NCBI GenBank assembly: GCA_951406725.2
Contig: OX597818.1
Location: 77,748,001 to 77,812,000 of the forward strand
Origin: Octopus vulgaris
Lineage: Eukaryota
Direction of reading: 5' to 3'
Length of the DNA stretch: 64,000 bases
A program made the translations under genes and the position numbers. Under the pieces are notes generated by a model. It did no database searches and was not told the DNA's origin. It saw nothing but the letters and a program-made list of their open reading frames with translations. How positions within the stretch are numbered: the first letter of the stretch is position 1; each line of letters opens with the position of its first letter. Of the stretch, positions 12,831 to 25,254 are shown piece by piece.

Positions 12831-13679
12831 ATAAAGCCTTCACTCTCTGCCTTTAGTCCTGAGTTTTGTAGCCGCTGATGAGTGTGCTTCATCAGTTTGC
12901 TTGCTACTGGCTACACATTTACCCTGTAGAGGTTTCTGTTCTCACCTACCAGCCAATTGTTCCTTCATTAAATCTACTTGCAGTGCTTTGCTCAGCCCAG
13001 GGCTATAGTAGAAGACACTTGCTTAAGGTGCTGCATAGTGGGACTGAACCCAAGGCCACATGGTTGGGAAGCAAGCTTTTTAATCACACAGCCCTACATG
13101 TTCATCATCATCATTCATTATAATAGGGGCAGCAAGATGGCAGAACCACCAGCACACTGGACAAAATGCATAGCAACATTTTATTTGTCTTTACATACTG
13201 AGTTTAAATTCTGCTGAAGTCAACTCTGCCTGTTATTCTTTCAGGGCTCATAAAACAAGTACCAGTTGAGCACTGTTGTTGATGTAATCAACTATCTCAC
13301 TCATCTAAAATTTCACACTTTGTGCCTATAGTAGAAAGGATCGTCATCATCGTCAAGCAGTGAGCTGGCAGAATTAATAGCATGCTGGATGAAATGCTTA
13401 GCGGTATTTTGACCATCTTTAAATTTTTAGTTCAGATTCCATTGAGGTCAACTTTGCTTTTCATCCTTTTGGGATCGATAAGAAATAAGTACCAATTGAA
13501 TACTCCAGGTCGATGTATTCAACTTACCCTCTCCTCCAAAATTTCAGGCCTTGTGCCTAGAACAGAAAAGAATATTATTACTATTCTCATCCCAGAGTTT
13601 CCAGTTATTGAAGAACTAAAAATTAATTTCGCCATTTGCCTTAATTTCATATAACATCAAACCAAAAGATACATACATA

Positions 13680-13716
<37 letters not shown>

Positions 13717-13719
<3 letters not shown>

Positions 13720-14605
13720 GGGATTGGACAAAATAATGGAAGCACCTTAAAATTTCAAACAAATTTATTTTGATATGGGGTAGGACCATCTTTGGTAGTA
13801 ATTACAGTTTGAATTCTATGAGGTATGGACTTGTATAAAATTTGAATTGTTTCCAAAGGAATTTTTCTTCAGCTAAAACAGTCCCCAGTTCTTATAGAGA
13901 TGATGGTGGAGGATATCGACTCCTTACTTGTTTTTCTACAATGCACCATAAATGTTCAATAATATTGACATCTGGGGACTGTGGTGGCCAGTTAAGATGT
14001 TCAGCTTCACTAGAATGTTCCTCGTGCCATTCAGTAACAACTTTAGCTCTGTGAATTGGTGCATTACTATCCTGAAAGACTGCATTTCCCTCTGGAAACA
14101 GTTTCGCAACCATAGGTTGAATTTGATCAGATAAAATGTTTAAATGTCTTGACTATTAATTCTGCCACGAAAAGGAAACTATTGGGCCGACAGATTTCTA
14201 AGATATACCCCCTCAGATCATCACAGATCCCCCTCCATGTTTAACAGTTGGAAGAAGGCAGTCTGGGTCAAATGCTTCTTTTGGCTGTCTCCCAATGTAT
14301 TCTCAGCCAGTGGTTGGAATTGAGATAAAGGATGACTCATTCGAGAAAATAACATTCTTCCACTGCTCTAGGGACTAATCCTGTAGGTTTTTACTCCACT
14401 CTAAACGCTTTGCAACATTCATTTTTGAAAGTAGTGGTTTTCTGATTGCAACCATCCCATGAAATCTGGTTTTGTGCAGCTACCAGTGAACAGTTTTTGT
14501 AGAAACTGGGTTCTCGAGGCAGTCATTAAGCTCTGCAGTAATTTTGGGAGTTGCACTTTTGTGATCCTTTCTAACAATTCACATAAGAGTCTGACGGTCC
14601 CTATC
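13717..14605 (-). mobile_element. Truncated Tc1 (DD34E) transposon
   Basis: VFQDSNAPIH and WPPQSPDVNIIEHLW in ORF 13892-14113; TIR-like agggattggacaaaataatggaagcacc next to (TA)n; other end missing. Confidence 0.9.
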
Positions 14606-14927
14606 TTCCGGAGCTTTGTTTCGCCGAGGTTTTACTAAAACACTAATAACAAATCAAAAAACATAAAAATAAACAAGCTTTTGACAGTTTTATAGATAAG
14701 CCAAAATTATGATGCTAGGTATTTTCATTGTTTTGTCCAAGCTCTGCAGGAAAAACTTCCACCTGTCCCCACCCCCATTTTCTCCCAAATTTATTAAAAA
14801 AGTTTTTTGAACCCCAAATCCCCCTTTACTTATATGGAGGTTCCGGAAAATTGCCAAAAATTGGCATTGTGAAAATTTCCCCCTTCCCCCACCCCAATTC
14901 TTCAATTTTGATTTTTTTTCCTCAACA

Positions 14928-14959
14928 CTAACCCTAAACACCTAACCCTAACCTTAACC
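14928..14959. repeat. Short degenerate interstitial telomere-like (CCCTAA)n tract
   Basis: ctaaccctaaacacctaaccctaaccttaacc. Confidence 0.6.
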
Positions 14960-15400
14960 GTAAGTACAGAAATGTTTTGAAATTTTTGTCCAAATCATAA
15001 TGTCCGTATTTTTCCGCATATTTAGAAAAAAAATATTTTTAAAGGGTGGTTTTTTGTGGGGGACGGGCGGAAGTCTTGCCCCCCCCCCCCGCCCTGTATA
15101 TATGTATGTGTGTGTATGTATGTGTGTATGTGTATGTGTGTGTGTGTGTGTGTGTGTGTATAGGTTTCAAACTCGTACGCATGTATATAAAGATACATCG
15201 CCACTACCCCCATCACTACCATTTCTACTACTACTACTACTACTTAGTAGTAGTAGTAGATGCAGCAGCAGCAGTAACAACAACAATATGTAGCAGGAGT
15301 AGCATTATTGCAGCTATCAGAAATTATTTGTGTCAATTCAAGGGAGATCACTCTGAATATCAAACTCGCTTAACTTCCTCACTTCAAATGAGTTTGTATT

Positions 15401-15697
15401 ATGCTTGGCAACATGTACGGAATTCATTCCACACTTGGCCGTTTTCAGTGGCGAACGTGCAAACATTTCTCTGTTCTTCGAGCATTGTTAAAGTCTGAAG
15501 GCTCGAAATGTTATAGAAAAGACATATCAATAGATTGTCTCAGCCAAAACAGTTACCAAGATTTGCAAAGTACTATCTGCCCTGAGTTTGATTGGGATTA
15601 TCTTTGTAATCCAGAAAACACTTTGGAAATAAAAGAAAACATACGGAATCGTAAAGGAATAGGAGATATAGATGCTGTTCACAGACTATGGAAAGAT
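15401..15697 (+). CDS. SARS2: Mitochondrial seryl-tRNA synthetase, coding exon 1 (includes probable transit peptide)
   Basis: ATG at 15401; Arg/Lys-containing, acid-free N-terminus (MLGNMYGIHSTLGRFQWRTCKHFSVLRALLKS) followed by PEFDWDYLCNPENTLEIKENIRNRKGIGDIDAV, typical of the metazoan mitochondrial SerRS N-terminus; GT donor at 15698, phase 0, joins in frame to exon 2. Confidence 0.85.
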
Positions 15698-16944
15698 GTA
15701 AATATAAATTTATATTTCATTTTACCCAAGCGACTCGTAAATAATATCGAAGTTCTTTATACACATCGTTATTATTGCCGATTAGCCGGTATATTAAACG
15801 TAAATTAACTGTGATATTTATTACGCCTAAGTTACAAACATACTCCCTTGTTGCTCTCTATTTCAGAAATACATTGAGCCAGTGACTGACCATGACCAAC
15901 TGAAAAAGTCTAGGACAAATGAGGCTCTTGTTTTCGAAATATATGACAGAATATTATTATACAATTAAACGAGCTTAAGGTCAAGTAAAGGTTACCTCTA
16001 AAGGTTATTTCTGGCTTATTATTTTGAAAGGAATCCTATCGTAAAATCTTTTTCCCGTTTTACACCAATATAAGCAGAAGTATCTCTGACTTTTGATTTT
16101 TGATAATATAACTTAAAAGTTGTTCTGGTGTGATTTTTATAAATAATTTATTAACAATAATTTTAATTGTTGGTAAAAGAAAAATCAAGACCCGGCATAC
16201 CTGCACAAATGGAATTTAAGTAAAAATAGCATGATACGCATACTGAAATATACACTATTGGCTCGTAGTACGTATTTTACCAGTTCCATTTTTTACTTTA
16301 TGTAGAATTAACTGAAAGACTTATAAACATAGTAAAATAAATATAGAGGTTTTGAAAACTTGGCTATCAAGCTGTTATTACAATACCTTATCTACTGGGT
16401 CATTCCATCTTTACAATAGACAAAGTCAAAGTTATAAAGATATTTGGTACTCCAGATAGAAAGATTTGTGAAAATGTATGAAGTTAGGTTGAACTTCATT
16501 CTTTGGCTGGTCTTTTATCTGCTTGGTATCCTGTCTTCAGTGTGGTCATGCTGTCTGATTTAGTACTTACAACTTATTGCTTTTATTTGAAACAAATTGG
16601 AGGGTTTGTCTCGAGGAAGATGTGGCTGTTATATTATGCAGATCAAGCAATAACATAGAAACTCCTAACCTTATTGTTTCTGTTGCTTTTTAGACTCATC
16701 ATTTCTGATTCAACAGACATGATTGAAAATGTTCCAGTTGCAAATATTTTTTATTTTATATTCAGATGTAGTACACCCAAGACTAGTGTATCTAATGTTG
16801 TTTTCATTTTTCTTTTCCGAGGCATTAAGGGAGATTTAATTGCTATTTCTAGTAAGTAGGGCAACCATATTGACACTCCCTTATTAGCTTCACCTTATGT
16901 TTGTAGACATGTGTAGTAGACTAAGCCTGTTTAATCTGTTACAG

Positions 16945-17317
16945 GTATCAAGGGAAGATAATTCGATGAAGAAGCAAGAATTGATTGATAAATTAAAATC
17001 ATTGGCTGCAGACATTCCCAACAAAATCCATCCATTGGCACCAATTGGGAATGAATCTTGTAATCGTGTTGTCAAAACTTTTGGTAAAGAATCTGTAAAT
17101 GTAGGAAAAGTGAAGGGTGTTGTTGAAATTGGAGAGAAAGCAGGATGGCTCCGTACCTCCAATGTTGGAACAACCACTGGCCAACGGAGTTATTATTTTC
17201 TGAACCAACTTGCTCGACTGGAACTGGCCCTAGTAAATTATTGTCTGGATAAGCTCCGTTTGGAAGGATTTCAATTGGTATCTGTTCCAGAGATTTTAAG
17301 GCCAGAAATCATTGAAG
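16945..17317 (+). CDS. SARS2: Mitochondrial seryl-tRNA synthetase, coding exon 2
   Basis: ttacAG acceptor at 16943-44; encodes IPNKIHP..., GQRSYYFLNQLARLELALVNY, GFQLVSVPEILRPEIIEG (class II aaRS motif 1 region); GT donor at 17318, phase 1. Confidence 0.92.
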
Positions 17318-17780
17318 GTATTTTATTTTTCAAATTTTATATCAAAGATTATTTCATTACCATCTTTTAACATCCGCCTTCCATGCTGGCATAGTTTGGA
17401 CAGTTTGACAGGATCTGATATCTTGAAGGACCGCATTGTGTTCCAGTGTCTGCTTTTGCATGGTTTGTATGGTTGTGTACCCTTTCTAATGCTAACCACC
17501 TGACACACACACATATAACAATACACACAAACACACACACACATATATATAAAATATATATGTGTGTGTGTGTCTTTCTTTTACTGTCTCCCTGCCTTGT
17601 TATCACATGGTAGCTGTAAGCAAGTGTCACTGACATGCTAATGGTGTCCTGTGTTTCCAATCTTCCATGAAATCATGTCTGGGCAAGATGAAATATTACC
17701 TTCGTTGGAACAGGTGAGGTTTGATGATAGGAAAGGCATCTAGTTGCACAAAAGCTGTCTGATTCATGTGAGCATGTTAA

Positions 17781-19106
17781 AGTGTGCACCCAATGTAAGC
17801 TATGGACGCACAAGAGGTGCAGCAACATTAAAGGGAAATTAACAGATAAGATAGCTTTCATGTGCGGCAGATGCACAGGGACAATAGACACCACAGACAC
17901 TCAGAAAACAGATTCCATCACACTCCAGAAAACAGATTCCATCACACTCCAGGGAGAGAAACTAGAAGTAGTTGATAGTGTCCGCTACCTGGGTGACCAA
18001 GTTAGTAGTGGAGGTGGATGCACAGAGAGTATCACCACTAGAATACGAATAGCCTGGGCAAAGTTCAGAAAGCTCTTACCCCTACTGGCGATAAAGGGTC
18101 TCTCCCTCAGAGCGAAAGGTAGATTGTATGTGCGAACTGCCATGCTTCACGGTAATGAAACATGGGCTGTGACTGCAGAGGACATGCGTAGACTTGAAAG
18201 AAATGAAGCTAGCATGATCCGCTGGATGTGTAATGTCAGTGTGCACGCACGACAGTGTAAGCACCCTGAGAGAAATGCTGGATATAAGAAGCATCAGATG
18301 TGGTGTGCAAGAGCGACGCTTGCAATGGTGTGGTCATGTGCTGCGGATGGATGAGGAGAGATGTGTGAAGAAGTGCCACTCCCAAACAGTTGAAGGTATC
18401 AGGGGGAGAGGTAGACCCAGGAAGACATGGGATGAGGTAGTCAAGCATGACCTCAGAGCGTTGGGCCTCACTGAGGCAATGGCGAAGGACTGGAGATATG
18501 CTGTGACTGCAAAGACCCGGGCTGCTTCCTGCATCAGTTCTGCATAGCCCCTGCCCATTCAAAGTACCCCGGATCCCAGATCGTCCCGCTGTTGAGTCAA
18601 GAACATGAACATGAATGTCGAAATAAATATCAATGGAAATAGTAGTTATGATGCCTGTGCCGGTGGCACATAAAAAGCACTATCCGAACGTGGCCGATGC
18701 CAGCGCCGCCCCGACTGGCTTCTGTGCCGGTGGCACATAAGTAGCACCATCCGAACGTGGCCGATGCCAGCGCCGCCCCGACTGGCCCCTGTGCCGGTGG
18801 CACATAAAAAAGACCATCCAAACGTTGCCAGCGCCGCCTTGGCTGGCTTCCGTGCCGCTGGCACGTTAAAAGCTCGAACCGATCGTGACCGATGCCGGAC
18901 CCCCCCCCCCCCGGCACCTGCGCAGGTGGCACGTAAAAAGCAACCACTACAATCGCGGAGTGGTTGGCGTTAGGAAGGGCATTCAGCCGTAGAAACTTTG
19001 CCAGATCAGACTGGAGCCTGGAGCAGCCCCTGGCTTCCCAGACCCCGGTCGAACCGTCCAACCCGTGCTAGCGCGGAAAATGGACGTTAAACGATGATGA
19101 TGATGA
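17781..19106 (+). mobile_element. 5'-truncated RTE LINE with minisatellite-bearing 3'UTR, in SARS2 intron 2
   Basis: CTQCKLWTHKRC, RYLGD, MLHGNETW, RGRGRPRKTW; tail ...ggacgttaaac(gat)n. Confidence 0.92.
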
Positions 19107-19294
19107 TATATATATATATATATATATATACTGTGTGTATATATATATATATATATATACGCACATACATATTCTCTTATACACACATGCACCTTTGTGT
19201 TGGGGGTCATCTTTACCTTGTTATCTCCCCTACTTTCCTTCCTGTGTTTGACCCTTCTGTCCGGCACTAGTCGCCATGATAGATCGTTAGCCTC

Positions 19295-19455
19295 TACACA
19301 CATTTTTTTCTCTCCTTGTTTTTTCTGTGTCCCTTTCTGTAGAAGAGCATAGGCTCGAAACGTAAAAGACTTTTTCTATTCCTGAGCGTTACACTAATAC
19401 ATCTGTTTGTTTTGTGCACCACCTGTCTTCGTCTTTTGTTTTTTTCGTAAACTCT

Positions 19456-19503
<48 letters not shown>

Positions 19504-19507
19504 TGTG

Positions 19508-19538
<31 letters not shown>

Positions 19539-21680
19539 ACTTTGTGTGTATATGTATATATACTGTGTGTATATATATATATATAGTGTATATATATATA
19601 TACACATTCTACCTCTCCCATCTTTCCCATACTCCACACCACTTCCTACTGCCTTATGTGTCCCACTATTCATTCTAATCTCTCCAGAGTGCACGCCCTC
19701 GACTGCTTTCTTTCTCTCACTTATTCCACCTTTCTGCTGAACTTGTCCTCTCCCTCAACTGCTTCTCATTTGCGGGGAACTTTTACCAACAGGATTTACG
19801 AGTGGCCATGGGAATGAGAATGGGCCCCAACTATGTGAACTTGTTTGTTGGCTATGTTGAGGCCCAAATAGTCTCACAAATGAGCTATATAGTCGTTATA
19901 TTGAGGACTGTATCAGCGTGACCTCACTCTCCCATGAACAACTGGACTCCTTCCTTTCCTTTGTCCAATTCTTTCATCCTGCCCTCAAATTTTCCTGCAT
20001 TATCTCTAACTCTTCCGTTGGATTTCTTACATTTCTGTCAGCATACACCACTCTTCTCTCACTATCTCCATCCACTACAAACACACTGACTCACTCTCCT
20101 ACCTTAACTTCTCCTCCTCCCACCTTACCTACACGAAGCTCTCCATCCCCTACTCCCAATTCCTCCATCTACACAGGCTCTGCAATGACGACCATGACCT
20201 TGAGACTCAGTCTCAACTTATGGCTCACCACTTCATCTTACATCGATATCCCCTCACCATTATCCACACTGCCCTAACCCAGGCATAACCTGTGGAATGT
20301 GCCTCTGCTCTTTCTACTTGCACTTGCCTCCACACTTACCTGTCTCCCGTTTCACCTCAGCTTGCACCCCTCCACGCTACTCTCCAATGCACCATTCTCC
20401 GAGCCTTCCATCAACTCCAGTCCAACCCTTACCCTTTGAAAATCTTCCCTTACCTACACCTTCCCTCCTTCAAATGAGCCCATAACCTGCATGACCTCCT
20501 AGTCCACAGTTTCTTCCCTACTCCTGTCTTCCAGCTTGGTTCCTTCCCCTCCTCCCACCCACACTGTTGCACCTGTCCCTCCCTCTCCAACACCACCAAC
20601 CTCACAGGCACCCATCACTGTCTGTATCATGTCACTGACTCCTTTACCTGCACTTCTAGTATGTTATTCACTACCTCTACACCTCTCTCTGTCCTTCCCT
20701 GTACATTGGTCAAACAGGACGCCACTTCCGATCTACCAGTCATTTGCTACAACAGCTGCCTGTGTTTGGACTGTCACTGCACTGGGACCATTCGGACTCC
20801 TGCTTTCACTGTGAACAAGAACTAATCTTCTCCCTTCACTCCTTTGCACTAAATGGGCTCAACTCACCTCCTCTCTTCATCTGACAGCAACCCCATTAGA
20901 TTCCCACACACCTCCCACATTGAACTTCCCCCCTCCATCTACACATCTGCTTATCGTTTACCTCAGTACCCTCCCCACACACACACCACTATACAAACAC
21001 TCATATACTCTGTTCAACTCATCCCTCACTTCACACACCTTTACAGACACACCCTCAACACCTTCCCATTCCACATGCACTAGCACCGACCACTTCTCAG
21101 TACCCACACCACACCCCATTATCCACACACCCACACAAGCACGTAAAACCTGAACACAGACAATATATACACACATGCAACACACATAAACACACGCATA
21201 GACAAAGATAACTTTCACCCACAAACATACACTATGCACATGCACACTATTTGGTCACAGACACACACATACTCATGTGTGCACGCCACTTTAAAAAGAA
21301 CACACCAGTGGCTACACACAACACACACATACAGTACACACAAACACGCACATGCATCAGACTCACTCGCCAACCTCCATTCACACATACACACTCACAC
21401 ATACACCTTTTTCGTTGGGATCACCATTATTATCTCCCTTTCATTCAACCTTTTTTTATTATCTCCCTTTCATCCAACTTCTTTTCTAGTCTTCTCGTCA
21501 TGTTGGACCGTTGAACTCTACACAGTTTTTCTCTCTCCATTTTTCCACTTATTCCTTTCTGTTGAAGTGCGTGGGCTCAAAATGTAAAAAACTTTTCCAT
21601 TTTTCCTGAGCATTAGACTAATACGCCTGCTTGTTGTTTCTACACCTGTCTTCGTCTTTTGCTTTTTTGTAAATTTGAAC
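19295..21680 (+). mobile_element. Decayed Penelope-like element with direct pseudo-LTRs, in SARS2 intron 2
   Basis: Frameshifted RT motifs AELVLSLNCFSF, VAMGMRMGPNYVNLFVGYVE, RYIEDC, FHPALKF, IPYSQFL; GIY-YIG-like SFTCTS...LYIGQTGR near 20640-20720; repeats at about 19295-19459 and 21520-21680. Confidence 0.85.
19333..19368 (+). ncRNA. Minimal type I hammerhead-ribozyme-like motif, variant core
   Basis: cttt-CTGTAGA-a-gagc(atag)gctc-GAAA-cgta-aaag: stem I, stem II, palindromic stem III. Confidence 0.55.
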
Positions 21681-21699
21681 TGTGTGTGTATGGATGGAT

Positions 21700-21842
21700 G
21701 GATGGTAAGGAACTTGCTTCCTAACCATATGGTTCTGGATTCAGTCTCACTGCATGGCACCCTGGACAAGTGTCTTCTACGTTAGCCTCAGGCCAGCCAA
21801 AGCCTTGTGAGTGGATTTGGTTGATGGAAACTGAGAGAAACC

Positions 21843-21885
<43 letters not shown>

Positions 21886-22085
21886 GTATGTGCTTGTCTG
21901 TGCTTGTTTCCTCACCATCGCTTGACAACCGATGCTGGTGTGTTTATGTCTCTGTAACTTAGTTGTTTGGCAAAAGAGACTGATAAAATAAGTACTAGGG
22001 GTTGATTTCTCTGACTAAAATCTTTTAAGGCAGTGCTCCAGCATGGCTGCAGTCAAATGACAAACAAGTAGAAAAATAAAAGAAT
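21700..22085 (+). mobile_element. SINE family B with CR1-like tail
   Basis: tRNA-like head, caccctggacaagtgtcttc core, internal (TA)n, tail gtgctccagcatggctgcagtc; copies at about 29252-29615(-), 61090-61390(+), 62270-62650(-). Confidence 0.8.
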
Positions 22086-24021
22086 ATATATGTGTGGATG
22101 ATGATAATTTCAACCAAGACATTAGTACTGTGTCTGATTGTTTAAAGGCTTTGATTCTGTGTAGGTACATATTCTTACACAATTGCTGACATTTACTAAT
22201 GGTTTCTCTTGTAGTTTTGATGCACCATTTTCTATGATTAGTAAAATTGACAACATTTTTGATGACACAGATATACTAGTAATATATATTATGCATTTGA
22301 TACCTTAAAGATTTGTTTTCATTGTTGTGTTTTTAAGAAGTTCCTTTTGCAATCATAGATTCAGTCCCTGTATGCAGAAACTTGTACAGATAGGTTTGAG
22401 AGATATTCAAATCCTTACAGGCTTTCACTGCAGTTTGTTATAGAGAAAAATAATCCAGAAAGTGCTCTCTATTGGACTAATGGATGCATTTTGAATAGGT
22501 TTGTCCTCTGAGAACAATAGAGGGTACTCTGAGCTGGCTGGTGTCTTAACACCTTTTTATCTTGAGCAAGAATATTTTTCTCTATGACAAATTTAGTGAA
22601 AACCCATTATATGTTCAAATATCTCCCAAATATATCTGAACTCATCTTAAGTTATTATTAGTATATATACATCTGTTTGTATCTGTTGATTGACTATTTT
22701 GCTCTGTGAGAAGGGAGAGAATCATCTTTCCTATTTTCCATTTTCGTGAATAATAAGGCATTCTTTAGTACTATTAAATGCCTCTTCCTTTTAATCTTTT
22801 AATTTTTCTTTTAATTTTAGTCCTTAACATTTGCATAAAACTATTTTTGTCTTGTGGGACATCTTTAGAATGAAGCTATAGGGTCTATTGAATTAAATTA
22901 AATTAAATACTTATTAACTTTATAGAAGGCAATGAAAAAAATATATAGAGATATATAACGTTGGTGAAACAAAATTTTAATTTTGTTTTGTCTTTGGTCA
23001 GTAAGTGCTATTTCCTATTTGCTTCTATCTAGAAATCAAAAGAAATGACTACTATTCCCTTGAAACTCTACTTTAGTGACCTGGATATCAATATTTTGAA
23101 ACTCACCTATTTTACATTACTTTTCAGATAGATTCAGCACTGAGTTGCTGAAGCAGAAATATCGTTGTAGCAAATATTCTGCTCAATACCACAGATTTGC
23201 TTGTCAATTACTTGACTTTAACCACTTGAGCATGTCACTGTGTTGCTGACAATATGTGTATCTCAGATTATGAGCAGGAGTAGTAGGGGAGCATCAAAGC
23301 CAGATCTTGAGAGAGATTCTTCGAGGTTTCAATTAATGTAGCAAAAGCAAAGTTTCGAGGAAATATTAGCCATTTTTCATACTTTTTAGGGGTAAAGAAA
23401 TAGGAAATAACAGTTACTACCCAAAGACAAAAATCGTGTTATGCAGTGTAATCAAAGTGTTTCTTTTAGATAAGAGCATTATCATTCATGGGTTTCAATA
23501 GAAGTCATCGTGAAGTGTGTGGCCTAGTGGTTAGTGTGTTGCACTCATGATCATGAGATCATGGATTTGATTCCCAGATCGGGTGATGCATTGTTGAGCA
23601 AAACACTTCATCCCATATCATCACTTTGTCATCTGACATGTGGCTCACTGTGCACCTGTACAGTCAATGTCAATTTGATGTAGAGAGTGAGCTTATAAGC
23701 AGCCATTTGATCATTATAAATGAATCACCTGTGCAGATTGTCTAGCAAGAAATTGCAGAACCATCTGTGTTAGGCTCAAGAGACAACCATTAAAGTAGTA
23801 GTAGTAGAAGTAGTAGTAGTAGATGACTTCATTTGAAATTTACATACTTGAAAAAATGTTATGCAGATGATCTGCTTTCTTTTTTTTTTTGTGTCTTTTT
23901 ATCAACATAACCAATGCTCTTGCAATTCTGAATGTGATTATATCACATACATCTGTCAGTTGTTTGATAAGGACTCAGCTATTTCTAGTGATCTATCTAC
24001 ATGTACAAGCACACATACATG

Positions 24022-24079
<58 letters not shown>

Positions 24080-24476
24080 CATACATCACATCCATGGCCA
24101 TTTGGTACAAATTTTGCTTCCCAATAGGCACACACATACATACACTGATGCACGCCTGCAATACAGCCAACCCCGTATGTATGTATGTATACACACACTT
24201 TTATATATATGTATGTATATATACACACTTATATATATATATATATACACACACACACATATATATATATATACACATATATATATATATACACTTATAT
24301 ATATATATAGCCTTATATATGAATGGCATAAATTGTAATTCTTATAAAAGAAAATACTCAAAAAGTTGGGAGAGATGTGTTGTTATCATCAGGCAATTCT
24401 CCAAACTCTTTGATTATTTTCTTTATTCTGTTCCTTATTTTTCTTATTTCTATTTTTTCCTTTTTATTTTATTTAG

Positions 24477-25201
24477 GATGTGGTTTTAAAACAACAGGAG
24501 AAAGAACGCAGGTTTACAAACTTGATGCAAAGCGCCATGGATCAGCTTGTTTGTCAGGTACCTCAGAGATGGCTCTTGCTGGATATTTCCAAAACCAAGT
24601 ATTTTCTATTCAAGATCTGCCCATGAAACTAACTGCTGTCAGTCGATGCCACCGTGCTGAGGTTTCCGAACTTGAAGAAGAGAAAGGAATCTACCGAGTT
24701 CACAACTTTACAAAAGTCGAGATGTTTTCAATTGTGGCTCAAGAAACTGGAAAGGAAAGTGATGATTCTCTTCAAGAATTTGTTGATCTTCAAACTGACC
24801 TTTACCAGAGTTTGGGGTTACATTGTCGACTCTTAAATATGGCAAGTCAAGAACTTGGTGCCCCTGCAAGTAGAAAGTTTGACTATGAAACTTGGATGCC
24901 AGCCAAGGGTTTCTGGGGAGAAATCTCAAGTGCTTCAAATTGTACAGACTATCAAAGCCGACGATTAGGAGCAAAGTATAAAAATAAAGACGATCAACTC
25001 ACATATGTACATACAATAAATGGCACAGCATGTGCTGTGCCACGGCTGGTGATGGCAATTATTGAGAACAATCAATTACCAAATGGTAGTGTTCTTTTAC
25101 CTCAAGTATTACATCCTTATTTCCGAGGAAGTTTATTAACTGTGGAACCAAAATCTTTAAATCATTGGAAGAAATCTCTCACTCCTTTCACAGTACAATG
25201 A
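24477..25201 (+). CDS. SARS2: Mitochondrial seryl-tRNA synthetase, coding exon 3 (catalytic core to stop)
   Basis: Long polypyrimidine tract and AG at 24475-76; phase matches exon 2 (G+GA=Gly, EIIEGCGF); motifs [55 protein letters not shown]; TGA stop at 25199-25201; spliced CDS 1395 nt = 464 aa. Confidence 0.95.
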
Positions 25202-25212
25202 TAACTAGTTTA

Positions 25213-25218
25213 ATTAAA
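25213..25218 (+). terminator. Candidate polyadenylation signal (ATTAAA) for SARS2
   Basis: ATTAAA 12 nt after the stop, followed by a T/GT-rich tract; mobile DNA starts immediately after. Confidence 0.3.
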
Positions 25219-25254
25219 GATACTGATATTTTTCTTTGTTGTTGTTATTATTAT

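Noticed and set aside
18655-18945. CRISPR-like repeat/spacer appearance
   Set aside because: Eukaryotic context, spacers are homologous to each other, no cas genes; lies in an RTE 3'UTR
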